Assembly: GCA_964611695.1 (NCBI GenBank)
Contig: CAZTAR010000001.1
Span: forward strand, 1-49,482
Origin: an uncultured Planctomycetaceae bacterium
GTDB taxonomy: Bacteria > Planctomycetota > Phycisphaerae > UBA1845 > UTPLA1
Direction: 5' to 3'
Length of the DNA: 49,482 nt
In this document: in pieces, positions 18,504 through 28,007 of the stretch
Layout of the letters: every line of letters starts with the position of its first letter
Position numbering within the stretch: the stretch's first letter is position 1
Position numbers and translations under genes: made by a program
The notes under the pieces: model-generated
Databases searched by the model: none
What the model saw: the letters and a program-made list of their open reading frames with translations, nothing else
Told to the model about the DNA's origin: nothing

Positions 18504-18577
18504 CAGGACATCCCCTCGTCACCCGACACCGCGTTGAAGAATCAAGTAGCCGTTAGGCTGACGGCATCGGTGAGGGC
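18504..18577 (+). repeat. Left copy of a 74-nt imperfect direct repeat; relic of a gene 3' end
   Basis: Ungapped hand alignment with 19582..19655 gives about three quarters identity. In the partner's frame it reads RTSPRHPTPR*RIK*, against KTSPRHYKARLRIR* at the end of the radical-SAM CDS. Confidence 0.6.
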
Positions 18578-18640
18578 AAAAGGATGAGTATTATTCACGG
18601 AGAGATCTGAGGCAGCTGTGATGTAGGAGGAAGGACCAAC

Positions 18641-19627
18641 ATGAGAACTCACGAGTATCGGTTCAAGACCGGAATCACGCGAACGCCCGAGTTCGAGAAG
18701 AAGAAGCTCGCGTCGTTCGCCGTGAATGTCGGTACCAAGTGTGGTCACGGCTGTACATATTGCAGCACCGGATCACTACTCCGCATGCACAAGTCCTTCA
18801 AGGATGCGGGCGAGAATCCTTTCAGTCGAGGTTTCGCCATTGTGGATCCTGAAACGCCCGAGCGTGTGGCACGCGATGCCCGGCGCATCAAGAAACGCGG
18901 CATGATCCAACTCTGCACCACTGTCGACGCGTGGGCACCGGAGGCGCAGCAGCACAACCTTGGCCGCCGATGCCTGGAAACCATTCTCGCCGAGCCCGGC
19001 TGGACCGTGCGCATTCTCACGAAGAACAGCGCTGTTGTCCGTGACTTCGATCTGATCGAGAAGCATCGCGATCGTGTCCTCGTCGGCCTAAGCATTACGG
19101 CACCGCCGGATAAAGAGGATGCCATCTCGATCATCGAGCCGAGCGCTTCGACCATTGGCGATCGCATGGCTGTCTTGCGAGAAGCGTCTGCTCGCGGCCT
19201 CCGCACGTACGCCATGCTCTGTCCGCTGCTGCCTGGCGTTGCCGACGCTCCGGAGCAAATCGATCGGATGGTTCGCTTCGCCGTCGAGTGCGGCTGCGAG
19301 GAGATTTTCGCCGAGCCGTTCAATGCCCGCGGTCCGGGCCTTCGGCTGACGCAGGAGGCGCTCGTGGAGCAGGGACATCACCAGGAAGCGGCGGCCATCG
19401 CAAACATCAGATCGCAGGTCCAATGGTCACCCTACGTTGTGCGTACGATCCAGAACATCCAGCGAGCTGTCCGCCGGCACTCCGACATCTCCAAGCTCCG
19501 CATCTTGCTCTATCCCTCACGCCTTCTCTCCGACGACCTCGGAGCCATCCGCAACAACGACGCCGGCGTCATCTGGCTCGGCAAGACATCCCCCCGTCAC
19601 TACAAAGCCCGTTTAAGAATCAGGTAG
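18641..19627 (+). CDS. Radical SAM protein (SplB/COG1533-like, DNA-photolyase-like subgroup)
   Basis: CX3CX2C cluster in NVGTKCGHGCTYCSTG near the N-terminus. TIM-barrel-like remainder (ILTKNSAV, VGLSIT, AMLCPLLPGV). GGAGGA upstream of the ATG. Confidence 0.85.
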   Translation: MRTHEYRFKTGITRTPEFEKKKLASFAVNVGTKCGHGCTYCSTGSLLRMHKSFKDAGENPFSRGFAIVDPETPERVARDARRIKKRGMIQLCTTVDAWAPEAQQHNLGRRCLETILAEPGWTVRILTKNSAVVRDFDLIEKHRDRVLVGLSITAPPDKEDAISIIEPSASTIGDRMAVLREASARGLRTYAMLCPLLPGVADAPEQIDRMVRFAVECGCEEIFAEPFNARGPGLRLTQEALVEQGHHQEAAAIANIRSQVQWSPYVVRTIQNIQRAVRRHSDISKLRILLYPSRLLSDDLGAIRNNDAGVIWLGKTSPRHYKARLRIR

Positions 19628-19655
19628 CTGTCATGGTGACGGCATCGCTGATGGC
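19582..19655 (+). repeat. Right copy of the 74-nt direct repeat (last 46 nt of the radical-SAM CDS plus 28 nt downstream)
   Basis: See 18504..18577. The two copies lie 1078 bp apart and exactly bracket the radical-SAM gene. Confidence 0.6.
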
Positions 19656-19714
19656 GGTTGATGGGATATCGTTTGCATAGAGGATGGTAGAAGCGTGCAA
19701 GAAGGCGGTGGAGC

Positions 19715-19999
19715 TTGAACTCCGAGGATTCAAATGTACGGACTAACAGCAAGCTGCTTACGCCTGCAGAGGCGGCTCAGCAGCTGCGCGTAACGCCGGA
19801 ACACGTGCGGTCGTTGATCCGGCTGGGGCAACTCGCGGCGGTGAACATCGGCACGGGTGCAAAGCGACCGCTGTACCGAATTGCCCCCGAGACGCTGCGA
19901 GAGTTCATATTGTACCGCGGACGATCAGGACCGCGGGCCCGACCAAGGCGTCCTAAGCAACGACCGTTCGTCCGTGATCATTTCCCGGATCTGAGATGA
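19715..19999 (+). CDS. Excisionase/MerR-type helix-turn-helix DNA-binding protein
   Basis: LLTPAEAAQQLRVTPEHVRSLIRLGQLAAVNIGTGAKRPLYRI is a classic excisionase-family HTH. TTG start, so the exact start is uncertain. It converges on and overlaps the integrase 3' end. Confidence 0.6.
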   Translation: MNSEDSNVRTNSKLLTPAEAAQQLRVTPEHVRSLIRLGQLAAVNIGTGAKRPLYRIAPETLREFILYRGRSGPRARPRRPKQRPFVRDHFPDLR

Positions 20000-21083
20000 T
20001 TTCCTCACCCAGCAGCTTGGTCCTTGCTTTCATCACGGCCGCGTCCACTGCGGCATCCGGCGTGTGCGTGTAGGTCACTTGCTGCTGGAGCTGGCTGTGC
20101 CGCATGAACCGCCTCTGCACGTGCGGATTGGCCACGAGCGAGATTGCTGTGGAGGCACAGTGCCTCAGCCTGTAAAAACCATAGCAAGGCACACCAGCTT
20201 TCGCACACAGCTTACGGAATTGTTCGGCGACCGCATCCTTGCTCCAGGGTCGCCAGAATTTGGTGATGAACAGCCGGCCTCCGTCCGATCGGCTCCAGCC
20301 CCGCCTGGCCATCCGTGCAATCAGCTCACCCCGATGCATCCTCAAGCCATCAATCGCCCGGAGTGTCTCGGGCCAGAGCGCGAAAGTCTGGCAAACACCG
20401 GTTTTGCTTCGCGGCAGCGTCGCACGGCTAGCGTAGAAATCTGTCCATTCTACGTCGTGGATGTCCTTCGGGCCGAAACCACAATTGATGCCGAGGAGGA
20501 CCATCAGTCGCATCTGGATATCGCCACATGCCAAAAGCCTGCCGAGGTGCTTTTCAGTGTAGAGCTTCTTGTTGCCGCGGGTAAGTCCGTGCTTCGGGTC
20601 GTTCCTTACACGCTTCAGCTTGGGGGCGTGATCGATGATGTCGGCGTCCTCCGCAAACGTGAACAGAGCTCTAACCGCACTGAGGTAGTGGTTGATGGAT
20701 TGGGCCGAATAGCCTCGCCTTTTCAAGGACAACTTCCAAGTCGCGAACATCTCGACAGTGAAATCTCCAGCCCGCAAGCGGGGATGGTCCTTGAGGAACC
20801 TACCCAGCCAATCTCTGTAGCCTCGCCGCGTGTCGGCGGGATTTCGCCAATTGGCTTGCTGGGCCTCCAAGAAGCGGTTGGCAAGTTCCTTGCCAGAAAT
20901 CACAGCTGGAACTGCCGAGGGCTTCTCCGAAGCCCCAAGCTTCAAGGACATTCGATGGTATTTCTCAAGGGCATCTTCTCGATTGGCACCCAGGTAAATC
21001 CGCCTTCCGCTGCGGGTCACGTAGTGCTGGCCCGTAGGCTTGTGGAACGAGAGGGGATTCGACGCAGGTCGACTTCGTGGCAT
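19953..21083 (-). CDS. int: Tyrosine recombinase / phage-type integrase
   Basis: SAM-like N-terminal domain (YLSAVRALFTFA). Catalytic region has PRSKTG, YRLRHCASTA and FMRHSQLQQQVTYTH (the Tyr). I take the start at MPRSRPAS (21083). The track ORF start at 21296 would read through the tRNA gene. Confidence 0.9.
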   Translation of the reverse strand: MPRSRPASNPLSFHKPTGQHYVTRSGRRIYLGANREDALEKYHRMSLKLGASEKPSAVPAVISGKELANRFLEAQQANWRNPADTRRGYRDWLGRFLKDHPRLRAGDFTVEMFATWKLSLKRRGYSAQSINHYLSAVRALFTFAEDADIIDHAPKLKRVRNDPKHGLTRGNKKLYTEKHLGRLLACGDIQMRLMVLLGINCGFGPKDIHDVEWTDFYASRATLPRSKTGVCQTFALWPETLRAIDGLRMHRGELIARMARRGWSRSDGGRLFITKFWRPWSKDAVAEQFRKLCAKAGVPCYGFYRLRHCASTAISLVANPHVQRRFMRHSQLQQQVTYTHTPDAAVDAAVMKARTKLLGEEIISDPGNDHGRTVVA

Positions 21084-21187
21084 GGCACTGCCTCCAAAAG
21101 TGTAGTGATAAGTGTAGTGCCGCGCTCGTCGACGCTGATGACGGGAGGATGACGCTCGCAAGTTCTTGTCTTGCGAGGAGATGTGAA

Positions 21188-21263
<76 letters not shown>

Positions 21264-21429
21264 TGGCGCGGTTTCGGGCGGCCTTTGCCGCTGCAACCTT
21301 AGCGCATTAAACGCCTTTATCCCCGTACAGTCAATACCCGCCTTACGTTATCACGAATCGCTGGTCGGCCAGCCATCACTCCTCAGCCGGCTCAGCTCAA
21401 CCGCGCGTGCGGGTATGCTTCCTCTCCGC

Positions 21430-22632
21430 TCAACATAGCCGTAGCCAGACGCCCTTCAAGTATGCCGATTCCGGGCAGCGTGGTGAGACTGGGTGGTCCG
21501 GGGCGGCTCCGGTGATGTCGAGGATTTGGCACTCTCGTCCGGCCTGTCGCGCGGCGCCGGTGGTCAGGCTGACGAAATCGTCTCGTTCCATCGCGCCGCT
21601 GCACGAACATGTCAGCAATATACCACCTGGCCGAACCAGGTTTGCCGCGAGTCGGTTTAGGTCGAAGTATTTGCCGCGCCCTTCGCCTATATCGTTTCGC
21701 CCGAAGATGAGCTTCGGCGGGTCCAGCACGACCAGGTCATACTGTCGCCCGTTCACCTGCATCTGCCGCATATAGGCGAAGGCGTCGGCCTGGGTTGTTT
21801 CCACGCGTGCGTTGTTCAGGTTGGCGTTTCGCCGGGCGAGGTTGATCGCGTCTTCGTCGATGTCCACGCACGTGACGGCCTTTGCATCCCCGACCGTCTT
21901 GGCTGTGACGCCGAACCCGCCTGAGAAGCTGCATACGTCGAGTACCTCGGCTCCCTTCGCAAGGCTCGCCACGCGCCGGCGGTTGTCACGTTGGTCGCAG
22001 AAGAAGCCTGTCTTGTGGCGGGAGTCAAGGCGGACTTCGAACCGGACGCCGTTCTCGACGACCTTCACTGATGTCGGTAGGTCGTCGCTTCGGAGTTGCT
22101 TGGCGATGAAGCCCTCCTGCCGCAGCACACGTTCGTCGACGTTGACAAAGTGATAATGCGTTCCCGCTGCCGCGTGCAGCATCGGCAACAGGTCGCGGAT
22201 TTGCCGCCAGATGCCGAGGCTCATCACCTCGACCGCAAGCACGTCGCCGTAGCGATCGACGATCAAGCCGCTGAGCCCGTCGCCTTCGGCATGGACCAGC
22301 CGATACGCCTCCGTGGTTTCGCCCAGCCGGAGAGTCTTCATGCGAAGTTGCACGGCTCGGTCGATCAATCGTTGCCAGAACGCCGCGTCCACGGGCGTGG
22401 TGTCGAAGTTCAGCATACGAAGGGCGATTTGAGAATTGGGGTTGTACAGGCCGTGGCCGAAGACCTCGCCGTGGCGATCGAAGACCGTCACAACGTCGCC
22501 CTGCGCCGCGTTTGGCGAGGCCCCGTCCACCATTCTGCGGTAGATGAATGTGTGGAATTTCGCCGACCGCAGTTTCACCCACGGCCCCTCTGGTGTTGTG
22601 GAGTCGTCTGTTTGTTTTTCGGAAGATGTCAT
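21430..22632 (-). CDS. Class I SAM-dependent rRNA (m5C) methyltransferase, RlmI/COG1092-like (PUA plus MTase)
   Basis: VLDVCSFSGGFGV (motif I), VTCVDIDEDAI, DLVVLDPPK (motif IV). The start is uncertain: 22632 or 22701. Confidence 0.8.
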   Translation of the reverse strand: MTSSEKQTDDSTTPEGPWVKLRSAKFHTFIYRRMVDGASPNAAQGDVVTVFDRHGEVFGHGLYNPNSQIALRMLNFDTTPVDAAFWQRLIDRAVQLRMKTLRLGETTEAYRLVHAEGDGLSGLIVDRYGDVLAVEVMSLGIWRQIRDLLPMLHAAAGTHYHFVNVDERVLRQEGFIAKQLRSDDLPTSVKVVENGVRFEVRLDSRHKTGFFCDQRDNRRRVASLAKGAEVLDVCSFSGGFGVTAKTVGDAKAVTCVDIDEDAINLARRNANLNNARVETTQADAFAYMRQMQVNGRQYDLVVLDPPKLIFGRNDIGEGRGKYFDLNRLAANLVRPGGILLTCSCSGAMERDDFVSLTTGAARQAGRECQILDITGAAPDHPVSPRCPESAYLKGVWLRLC

Positions 22633-22719
22633 CAGGGGATTATACCGCGATGTGGAGAGGGTGGGTCTGGGGATATCCCCTCGCGTGGTATTGACTCTCA
22701 TTATCGCCCGGTCCGGGTG

Positions 22720-23256
22720 CTACTCTTCGGGCGTCTCGGTAGTCGGCTTGGACTCGTCGTTTGCCCGCGTTGCCTTTATCTCCTCGGAAAGTGGCGTGCC
22801 ACACTCGGAGCAGACGCCGCTGGTATTGCCTCGAAGATTGTAGCCGCAGGATTGACAATGGCCGGAAGGATGGCGCCGCTTCATGCGTGAAACCAGGGAA
22901 TGGCTCACCGAAGCGCCTGTCAGCATCAGTCCGCCAGTGATCATCATGGAGAGAAAAGTTTTCGCGTTCGGCATGTTCGACCCAAAAGGCGGGAGGCCTG
23001 AGGTGATATTTTCCAAGATGCCACCAATCATAATGGCGATAACAAGCGTTGGCGTCCCGACCAAGGTAACACGCCAACTCCTGTGATATCCCCCGATGAA
23101 GCCGCCGATCAAAGAGATAACAAAAACCAAGCCGAAGGCCGCCATCATGGCTCCATACAAACCCAATTTCGCTGTGCTCCAAAACCAAACCAGGAACACC
23201 GTGCTGATCCAGAGGATCGCAAACCATGACCAAGGACGAATGCGCGGCTCATTCAT
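22720..23256 (-). CDS. Multi-pass membrane protein with a C-terminal cytoplasmic Zn-ribbon
   Basis: Four to five hydrophobic helices, followed by CQSCGYNLRGNTSGVCSECGTPL. Confidence 0.7.
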   Translation of the reverse strand: MNEPRIRPWSWFAILWISTVFLVWFWSTAKLGLYGAMMAAFGLVFVISLIGGFIGGYHRSWRVTLVGTPTLVIAIMIGGILENITSGLPPFGSNMPNAKTFLSMMITGGLMLTGASVSHSLVSRMKRRHPSGHCQSCGYNLRGNTSGVCSECGTPLSEEIKATRANDESKPTTETPEE

Positions 23257-23551
23257 AACCGAAAGACCTCGAACATATCATGGGGCTTGGCTCTATGCTA
23301 TCACGCATCGAGGTCCTCTGGTTCAGCATGTTAAATGTCGAGCGAATATGCCTGCCCACTCGGCCCTTTGCTACCCAGCAAAATTAAAAAGTTTTTCCGG
23401 CCAGGGAAAACGAGCTTATGTTTTTCATGTCCCTGATACGCTGAATTTGCACCGGCAAAAAGTGCAAATGCCCGCAAATGCCCGCAAAGTCTTTGGATAC
23501 TTGTGTCGTTTGTTCGGATGCGACCGGATCGTGGCTGCTAGTTAATCGTGC

Positions 23552-24679
23552 TCAGCGCTTCGGGTATTTGGGCGATTTTTTCAAAGGAGAAACGGTGGAG
23601 GAACACTGCTCAAGAGTCAGGTTACGCGGCTGGCTGTATCGTGTTACGATGTCGGCAATGCTACGATACTGTGCGAACCACGCGTGCTTGCTGTATCCGC
23701 CTCCGAGGACCATCACGATCGGGATGAAGCGTTGGTTTGCTTCTTCAAAGACCATGGCGTCGCGCCGGACGACACCGTCTATGGTCATTTCCAAGTTCGC
23801 CAACGGATCGCCGGAGAGCACGTCCACACCGGCTTGGAGAAAAACGATGTCGGGTCGCGCTTGATCAAATGCGCCGGACAGATGTTTTGCCAGGATAGCA
23901 TGGTACTTCGCATCATCCGTTCCCGCAGGCAGCGGCACATCCAAGTCGTTGTGTTCCTTGGGAATCGGGTAGATTCCCGCCTCGTGCATGTCGAACGTAT
24001 AAACTGTTTCATCATTCTCGAAACACAACGCGGTGCCGTTGCCCTGGTGGACGTCGAGGTCGACGACGAGCGCGCGTTGAATCAGACCCTCAGCTTGTAG
24101 CATGCGAATCGCCACTGGCATGTCCGCGTAGATACAGAAGCCGCCGCCTTTACCAGGTTCCGCGTGGTGATACCCTCCGCCGAGGTTGATCGCCATGCCG
24201 TGCTGAAGCGCGAGCCTCGCGGCAAGCAATGTGCCACCGGTGGCCCGGCGAAACGGTTGCAGCACCGCAGCGTCAGTCAAGCCAGCCGGCGTGATCGCGG
24301 CGAGACCGTATTCCAGATACCTTGCGAGCAGGTGCGGTTGTTTGAGGCGTCGATCGAGATATTCCCTCGTATGCACGCGTAAGAGGTCCGCCCTGGCAAT
24401 CTCCTCAGGAACATACACATCCATGGGGCAAATCAAGCCTTCATTTACGAGCTGCAAGTAGATCTTCGCATACTTATGGATGTCAAACGGGTGGAGCTTT
24501 TCCAGCCCTCCAGAACTGATTAGGTACCGGCTGGAATAGACGACGCAGATGCGTTGTTTCAAAGGCCTCCCGGCCCTTGGGTGGTCGCCCTGCTTCATGG
24601 CCGGCGGCGCGATGCAGCCGCCTATCGCCGCCGTGAGAAGCAATGCGGCCAATGTGATTGTCTTGCATCGGTGTGGCAT
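23552..24679 (-). CDS. Histone-deacetylase-family (arginase-fold) Zn deacetylase with a lipoprotein signal peptide
   Basis: GGGYHHAEPGKGGGFCIYADM, DLDVHQGNGT, VLGGGY. I prefer the start at MPHRCKTITLAALLLTAAIGGC (lipobox AIGGC), which has GAGGA upstream, over the track start at 24898. Confidence 0.85.
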   Translation of the reverse strand: MPHRCKTITLAALLLTAAIGGCIAPPAMKQGDHPRAGRPLKQRICVVYSSRYLISSGGLEKLHPFDIHKYAKIYLQLVNEGLICPMDVYVPEEIARADLLRVHTREYLDRRLKQPHLLARYLEYGLAAITPAGLTDAAVLQPFRRATGGTLLAARLALQHGMAINLGGGYHHAEPGKGGGFCIYADMPVAIRMLQAEGLIQRALVVDLDVHQGNGTALCFENDETVYTFDMHEAGIYPIPKEHNDLDVPLPAGTDDAKYHAILAKHLSGAFDQARPDIVFLQAGVDVLSGDPLANLEMTIDGVVRRDAMVFEEANQRFIPIVMVLGGGYSKHAWFAQYRSIADIVTRYSQPRNLTLEQCSSTVSPLKKSPKYPKR

Positions 24680-24906
24680 GGGTGTTCCTCGCAAGCATGT
24701 AACGTTATTTGGTGAGCGATGTCTACATTGGGTGAGCAATGTTGACGCGATCTGCTGAGAGAGGTGATGAATCGGCCTTGCTGGGCGGGGCAATGACATC
24801 GACTTCCAAACCTGAACCGGCCCATCGCCGTGCAGAATTGCAGAATCGTGCCGCGTGAGTGCGGAGTGATGATATCGATTGAACAATTCTTGGGCCAACT
24901 CTCAAG

Positions 24907-26349
24907 CTATGGCGGAGGCCTCGTGCCCTTTCTGTCTGGGAATGCACGGAAGTCCGCATGACACGTTGGATTACCGCCAGAATTGTCTTGGATTACTCCC
25001 AACCCAGCAAAAAGAAAAACGCCGCTTGAACACACGAACGCCTTTCCTTGTTCTAACATGGGCAAGGGAACTTGATTCGTCGAAGGCCGGCGTTCATCGC
25101 TCACTTCTCGGTCGCTTTCTGTCCGCCACCAGATTAGCCAGGCATCTTCATCGAAGCCGTAGTTTTGCCCTGTGATTTCGATTAACGCCTCTTGCACTTC
25201 CGTGCGATAGACTGAAATTGTTTGTATTTCGTAATGCGATTCCGTGCCGATCATTGATCCCCGCCAGTCCAGCACACCAATGGTCCTCGGGGCGTAGCGA
25301 ATCCTGCGCCACTGATAGCGGCACCAGGTCGGCCGGACGAATACGAGTCTGATATCGTCCAGCATCACGGGCCGCGAGACCAAAACACGGCCGCGTGTTT
25401 CCGTCGATAGAACACGGACCAAGTCCCCGACGCTTGTTCGTGCCTTCAAAACGCCCAGCGCCGCCGCCGCATTCCGAATCACTTGTTCCTCGTCACTCTT
25501 CAGCGCGCCGCGCAGCCGGTCGGTGACACGGTCGTCCTTTCGCTCGGCAAGCACCATCGCCGCTTTTTTGCGAACATCCGGCGAGGGATCGAGCAATGTG
25601 ATCACAACGAGATTCAGGGTGGACTCGTCCTGCTCGAAACGAGACAGTGACTCGACCAAGAGTTGCCGACAGGCTTCGTTGCCCGTGCTCAACACCCGTG
25701 TCAGTCCAGGCACGGCCAGCGGGTCGTCGATCGCGAGAATCAGGTCCCTTCCTTTGAGAAACTTTTTCGACCGTGCCTCGCGATTCGCAAGGCGTCCTCG
25801 ATAGATCGCCTTGATCTTCACCGTCCATTCGGCTGTCAACGAACGAATGAACTCCGCCTCCTCACGCTCCCGGCGTTTGGCCTCGACCTCGTTTGGGTCC
25901 GGCACCATTGGCGAGGCCTTGCGCACCCAGTTGCCGGCCTCTTCCACATACCCCAACATTCGACGGGCTTTCAAATGATCCGGATCGAGTTTGATCACCG
26001 CCTCCAACTCCGCCAGGTGCTCTGTGATCAGGCCTCGTCGATGACACCAAGCCGCCAAGTCGAAGTGGGCCTCCGCAGTGTCGGAACAGGCCGCCTGCAT
26101 TTTCTCGTAAAGGCGCCAAGGAGAGGTGCGTTTCTCGATCTCCTCGATCCAATCCTTCGCGATGTCGACGATGCCGAACTTCGTCCGTACCTGATACGAA
26201 TTTCCGAGGTCCGCCAGGATTTCGACCTCGATCTCTTCTCCGCCATTGATGTGGAAGATGTCCCCCCAGGATGCGGTTCCCGTTGCGAACACCATCCCCC
26301 AACACACGGCCCAGAGAAGAACTCCGCGTTGTTTGATGTGTTGCATCAT
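24907..26349 (-). CDS. Secreted HEAT-repeat (PBS-lyase-like)/TPR-like protein
   Basis: Signal-like N-terminus MMQHIKQRGVLLWAVCWGMVFATGTASWG. HEAT-like repeats are LLDPSPDVRKKAAMVLAERKDDRVTDRLRGALKSDEEQVIRNAAAALGVL. Confidence 0.7.
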   Translation of the reverse strand: MMQHIKQRGVLLWAVCWGMVFATGTASWGDIFHINGGEEIEVEILADLGNSYQVRTKFGIVDIAKDWIEEIEKRTSPWRLYEKMQAACSDTAEAHFDLAAWCHRRGLITEHLAELEAVIKLDPDHLKARRMLGYVEEAGNWVRKASPMVPDPNEVEAKRREREEAEFIRSLTAEWTVKIKAIYRGRLANREARSKKFLKGRDLILAIDDPLAVPGLTRVLSTGNEACRQLLVESLSRFEQDESTLNLVVITLLDPSPDVRKKAAMVLAERKDDRVTDRLRGALKSDEEQVIRNAAAALGVLKARTSVGDLVRVLSTETRGRVLVSRPVMLDDIRLVFVRPTWCRYQWRRIRYAPRTIGVLDWRGSMIGTESHYEIQTISVYRTEVQEALIEITGQNYGFDEDAWLIWWRTESDREVSDERRPSTNQVPLPMLEQGKAFVCSSGVFLFAGLGVIQDNSGGNPTCHADFRAFPDRKGTRPPP

Positions 26350-26522
26350 CTTGATTATAGGCCCGGACTTCGGTGCGAGGTCGATCCGAATCCGAAGAAC
26401 TTGTCGAATCGCTGGTAATCCACTACCGTCAAATCTCCGTTTGACAATCGTGAGCCACACCCACCGAGAGGCCCCGCCGCTCGTAGCGGTCGACGCCCCT
26501 GTCGGCCGAGGCATTTGAAATC

Positions 26523-27638
26523 ATGGCTGTTCTGCCGCTGATCGCTCATCCTGAAACCTATACACCCTGCCTTCAGGATCTTCTTGCTGCCGGGCCGGTC
26601 ATTCGCGACTACTGGCTCGACCTCTTCGATAATCACCTCGGGACCCTCGCCGCCCTGCCGCTCGGAGAAGGGACACTCCAGGATCACGAGCGATGGGACG
26701 ACTTTCGCCTTGACTATCTCGCGGGCCTGGCCGCTCTTCGTCGCGATCCGTCACTGCGAGGCTCGCTGAGCGTGTTGGAACTGACCCGTTTCCGCGAGGA
26801 GCAGTTGGCCGCGCAAGGGTTCGGTGACCCGTTCACCGATTTGAAGCGGAGGGAGAATCAAGCGGCACTGCGGATGCTCGAACACGTGCTCGGCGACATC
26901 GATGATTGCGCGCCGTCTGAACAGCTTGAACGTCTCGCTCGGGGCCTATTCGCCGGCAATATCTTCGACATGGGCTCCAAAGCCGTGGCGGGTGCTTTCA
27001 AGGATGGCCGATTCGAGTTCATTGCCTCGCGAGACAAGATTCGGGCCAGGCCGTGGCCTGTTGACCATCTCGACGCGTGGGTTCTTCGCTTGAGGCAACG
27101 TCCGGCCTATCGGCAAGCCCTGTTCTTCGTTGACAACGCGGGACCGGACATCGTGTTGGGCGTGTTGCCGTTGGTTCGCCACTTCGTCAAATCTGGCACT
27201 CGCGTCGTTCTCGCCGCCAATACAAAGCCCGCTCTCAACGACATTACCGCTTCCGAGTTGGTTCCGCTTTTGGAGGAATGCTGCAAGATCGATCCCTTTC
27301 TTGACGCGTGCATTCGGCGAGATGAAATAACCGTTGTCGCATCAGGATGCGGCGAACCACTGATCGATCTGACGGCATTGTCGCCCGAGTGTTGTTCGGC
27401 TGCGGGAGAGAGCGACCTGTTGATTCTTGAAGGCATGGGCCGTGCGATTGAAAGCAACTTTGACACGCACTTTACCGTTGACACGCTCAAGCTCGCCCTG
27501 ATCAAAGATCCGATGGTCGCCGAGATAATCGGCGTGAAACTGTTCGATCCGGTCTTCCGGTTTGATCACGATGTTGACGGCCCTGGCGAGCGAGACCCCG
27601 GCATCGGGGAGTATCGTCGTCCGCATCGAGCGGGATGA
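26523..27638 (+). CDS. DUF89-family metal-dependent phosphatase (At2g17340/PanK4 C-terminal type)
   Basis: GLFAGNIFDMG, RPWPVD, FFVDNAGPDIVLGVLP, VVLAANTKPALNDITASEL, LILEGMGRAIESN. The last roughly 25 codons read into the duplicated cohesin-like segment, so the natural 3' end was probably remodelled. Confidence 0.75.
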   Translation: MAVLPLIAHPETYTPCLQDLLAAGPVIRDYWLDLFDNHLGTLAALPLGEGTLQDHERWDDFRLDYLAGLAALRRDPSLRGSLSVLELTRFREEQLAAQGFGDPFTDLKRRENQAALRMLEHVLGDIDDCAPSEQLERLARGLFAGNIFDMGSKAVAGAFKDGRFEFIASRDKIRARPWPVDHLDAWVLRLRQRPAYRQALFFVDNAGPDIVLGVLPLVRHFVKSGTRVVLAANTKPALNDITASELVPLLEECCKIDPFLDACIRRDEITVVASGCGEPLIDLTALSPECCSAAGESDLLILEGMGRAIESNFDTHFTVDTLKLALIKDPMVAEIIGVKLFDPVFRFDHDVDGPGERDPGIGEYRRPHRAG

Positions 27639-27927
27639 TCCGACCGTCTCGTTGGGCGAGTTCGTCGATGTTGACATCGTCGCGACGTTCGATGATCCGA
27701 TCGTAGCGTGGGGCCTGGACATCACGGTCGACGTGCCGGCCTACACCAGTTGGACGCTTGCGGAAATCGGCTCTGCATGGAATTGGCCGACGAGCGGTTC
27801 GTTGGACGGCGACTGCCTGGCGGAAGGCGTGGTGTTCGAGCCTGCCACGATGACAGTCACCCCGGAGCCAACAACGATGGTACTCCTCTTGGCCTCAAGC
27901 TTACTGGTGCTGCGACGACGGCGGTAA
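27562..27927 (+). CDS. Truncated paralog of the cohesin-like PEP-CTERM protein (possible pseudogene)
   Basis: About 90% identical at the DNA level to 35157..35672. It lacks the signal-peptide n-region (only a TTG, or an internal ATG at 27571) and carries a 147-bp in-frame deletion. It keeps VTPEPTTMVLLLASSLLVLRRRR. Confidence 0.5.
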   Translation: MITMLTALASETPASGSIVVRIERDDPTVSLGEFVDVDIVATFDDPIVAWGLDITVDVPAYTSWTLAEIGSAWNWPTSGSLDGDCLAEGVVFEPATMTVTPEPTTMVLLLASSLLVLRRRR

Positions 27928-28007
27928 GCGTACGTCCGCGATAGCCAAGGATGAGACGGCGGAAGGTCCCCACGTCGGCAGAAGGCAAGAGCAGTTGTCG
28001 AGAGAAA

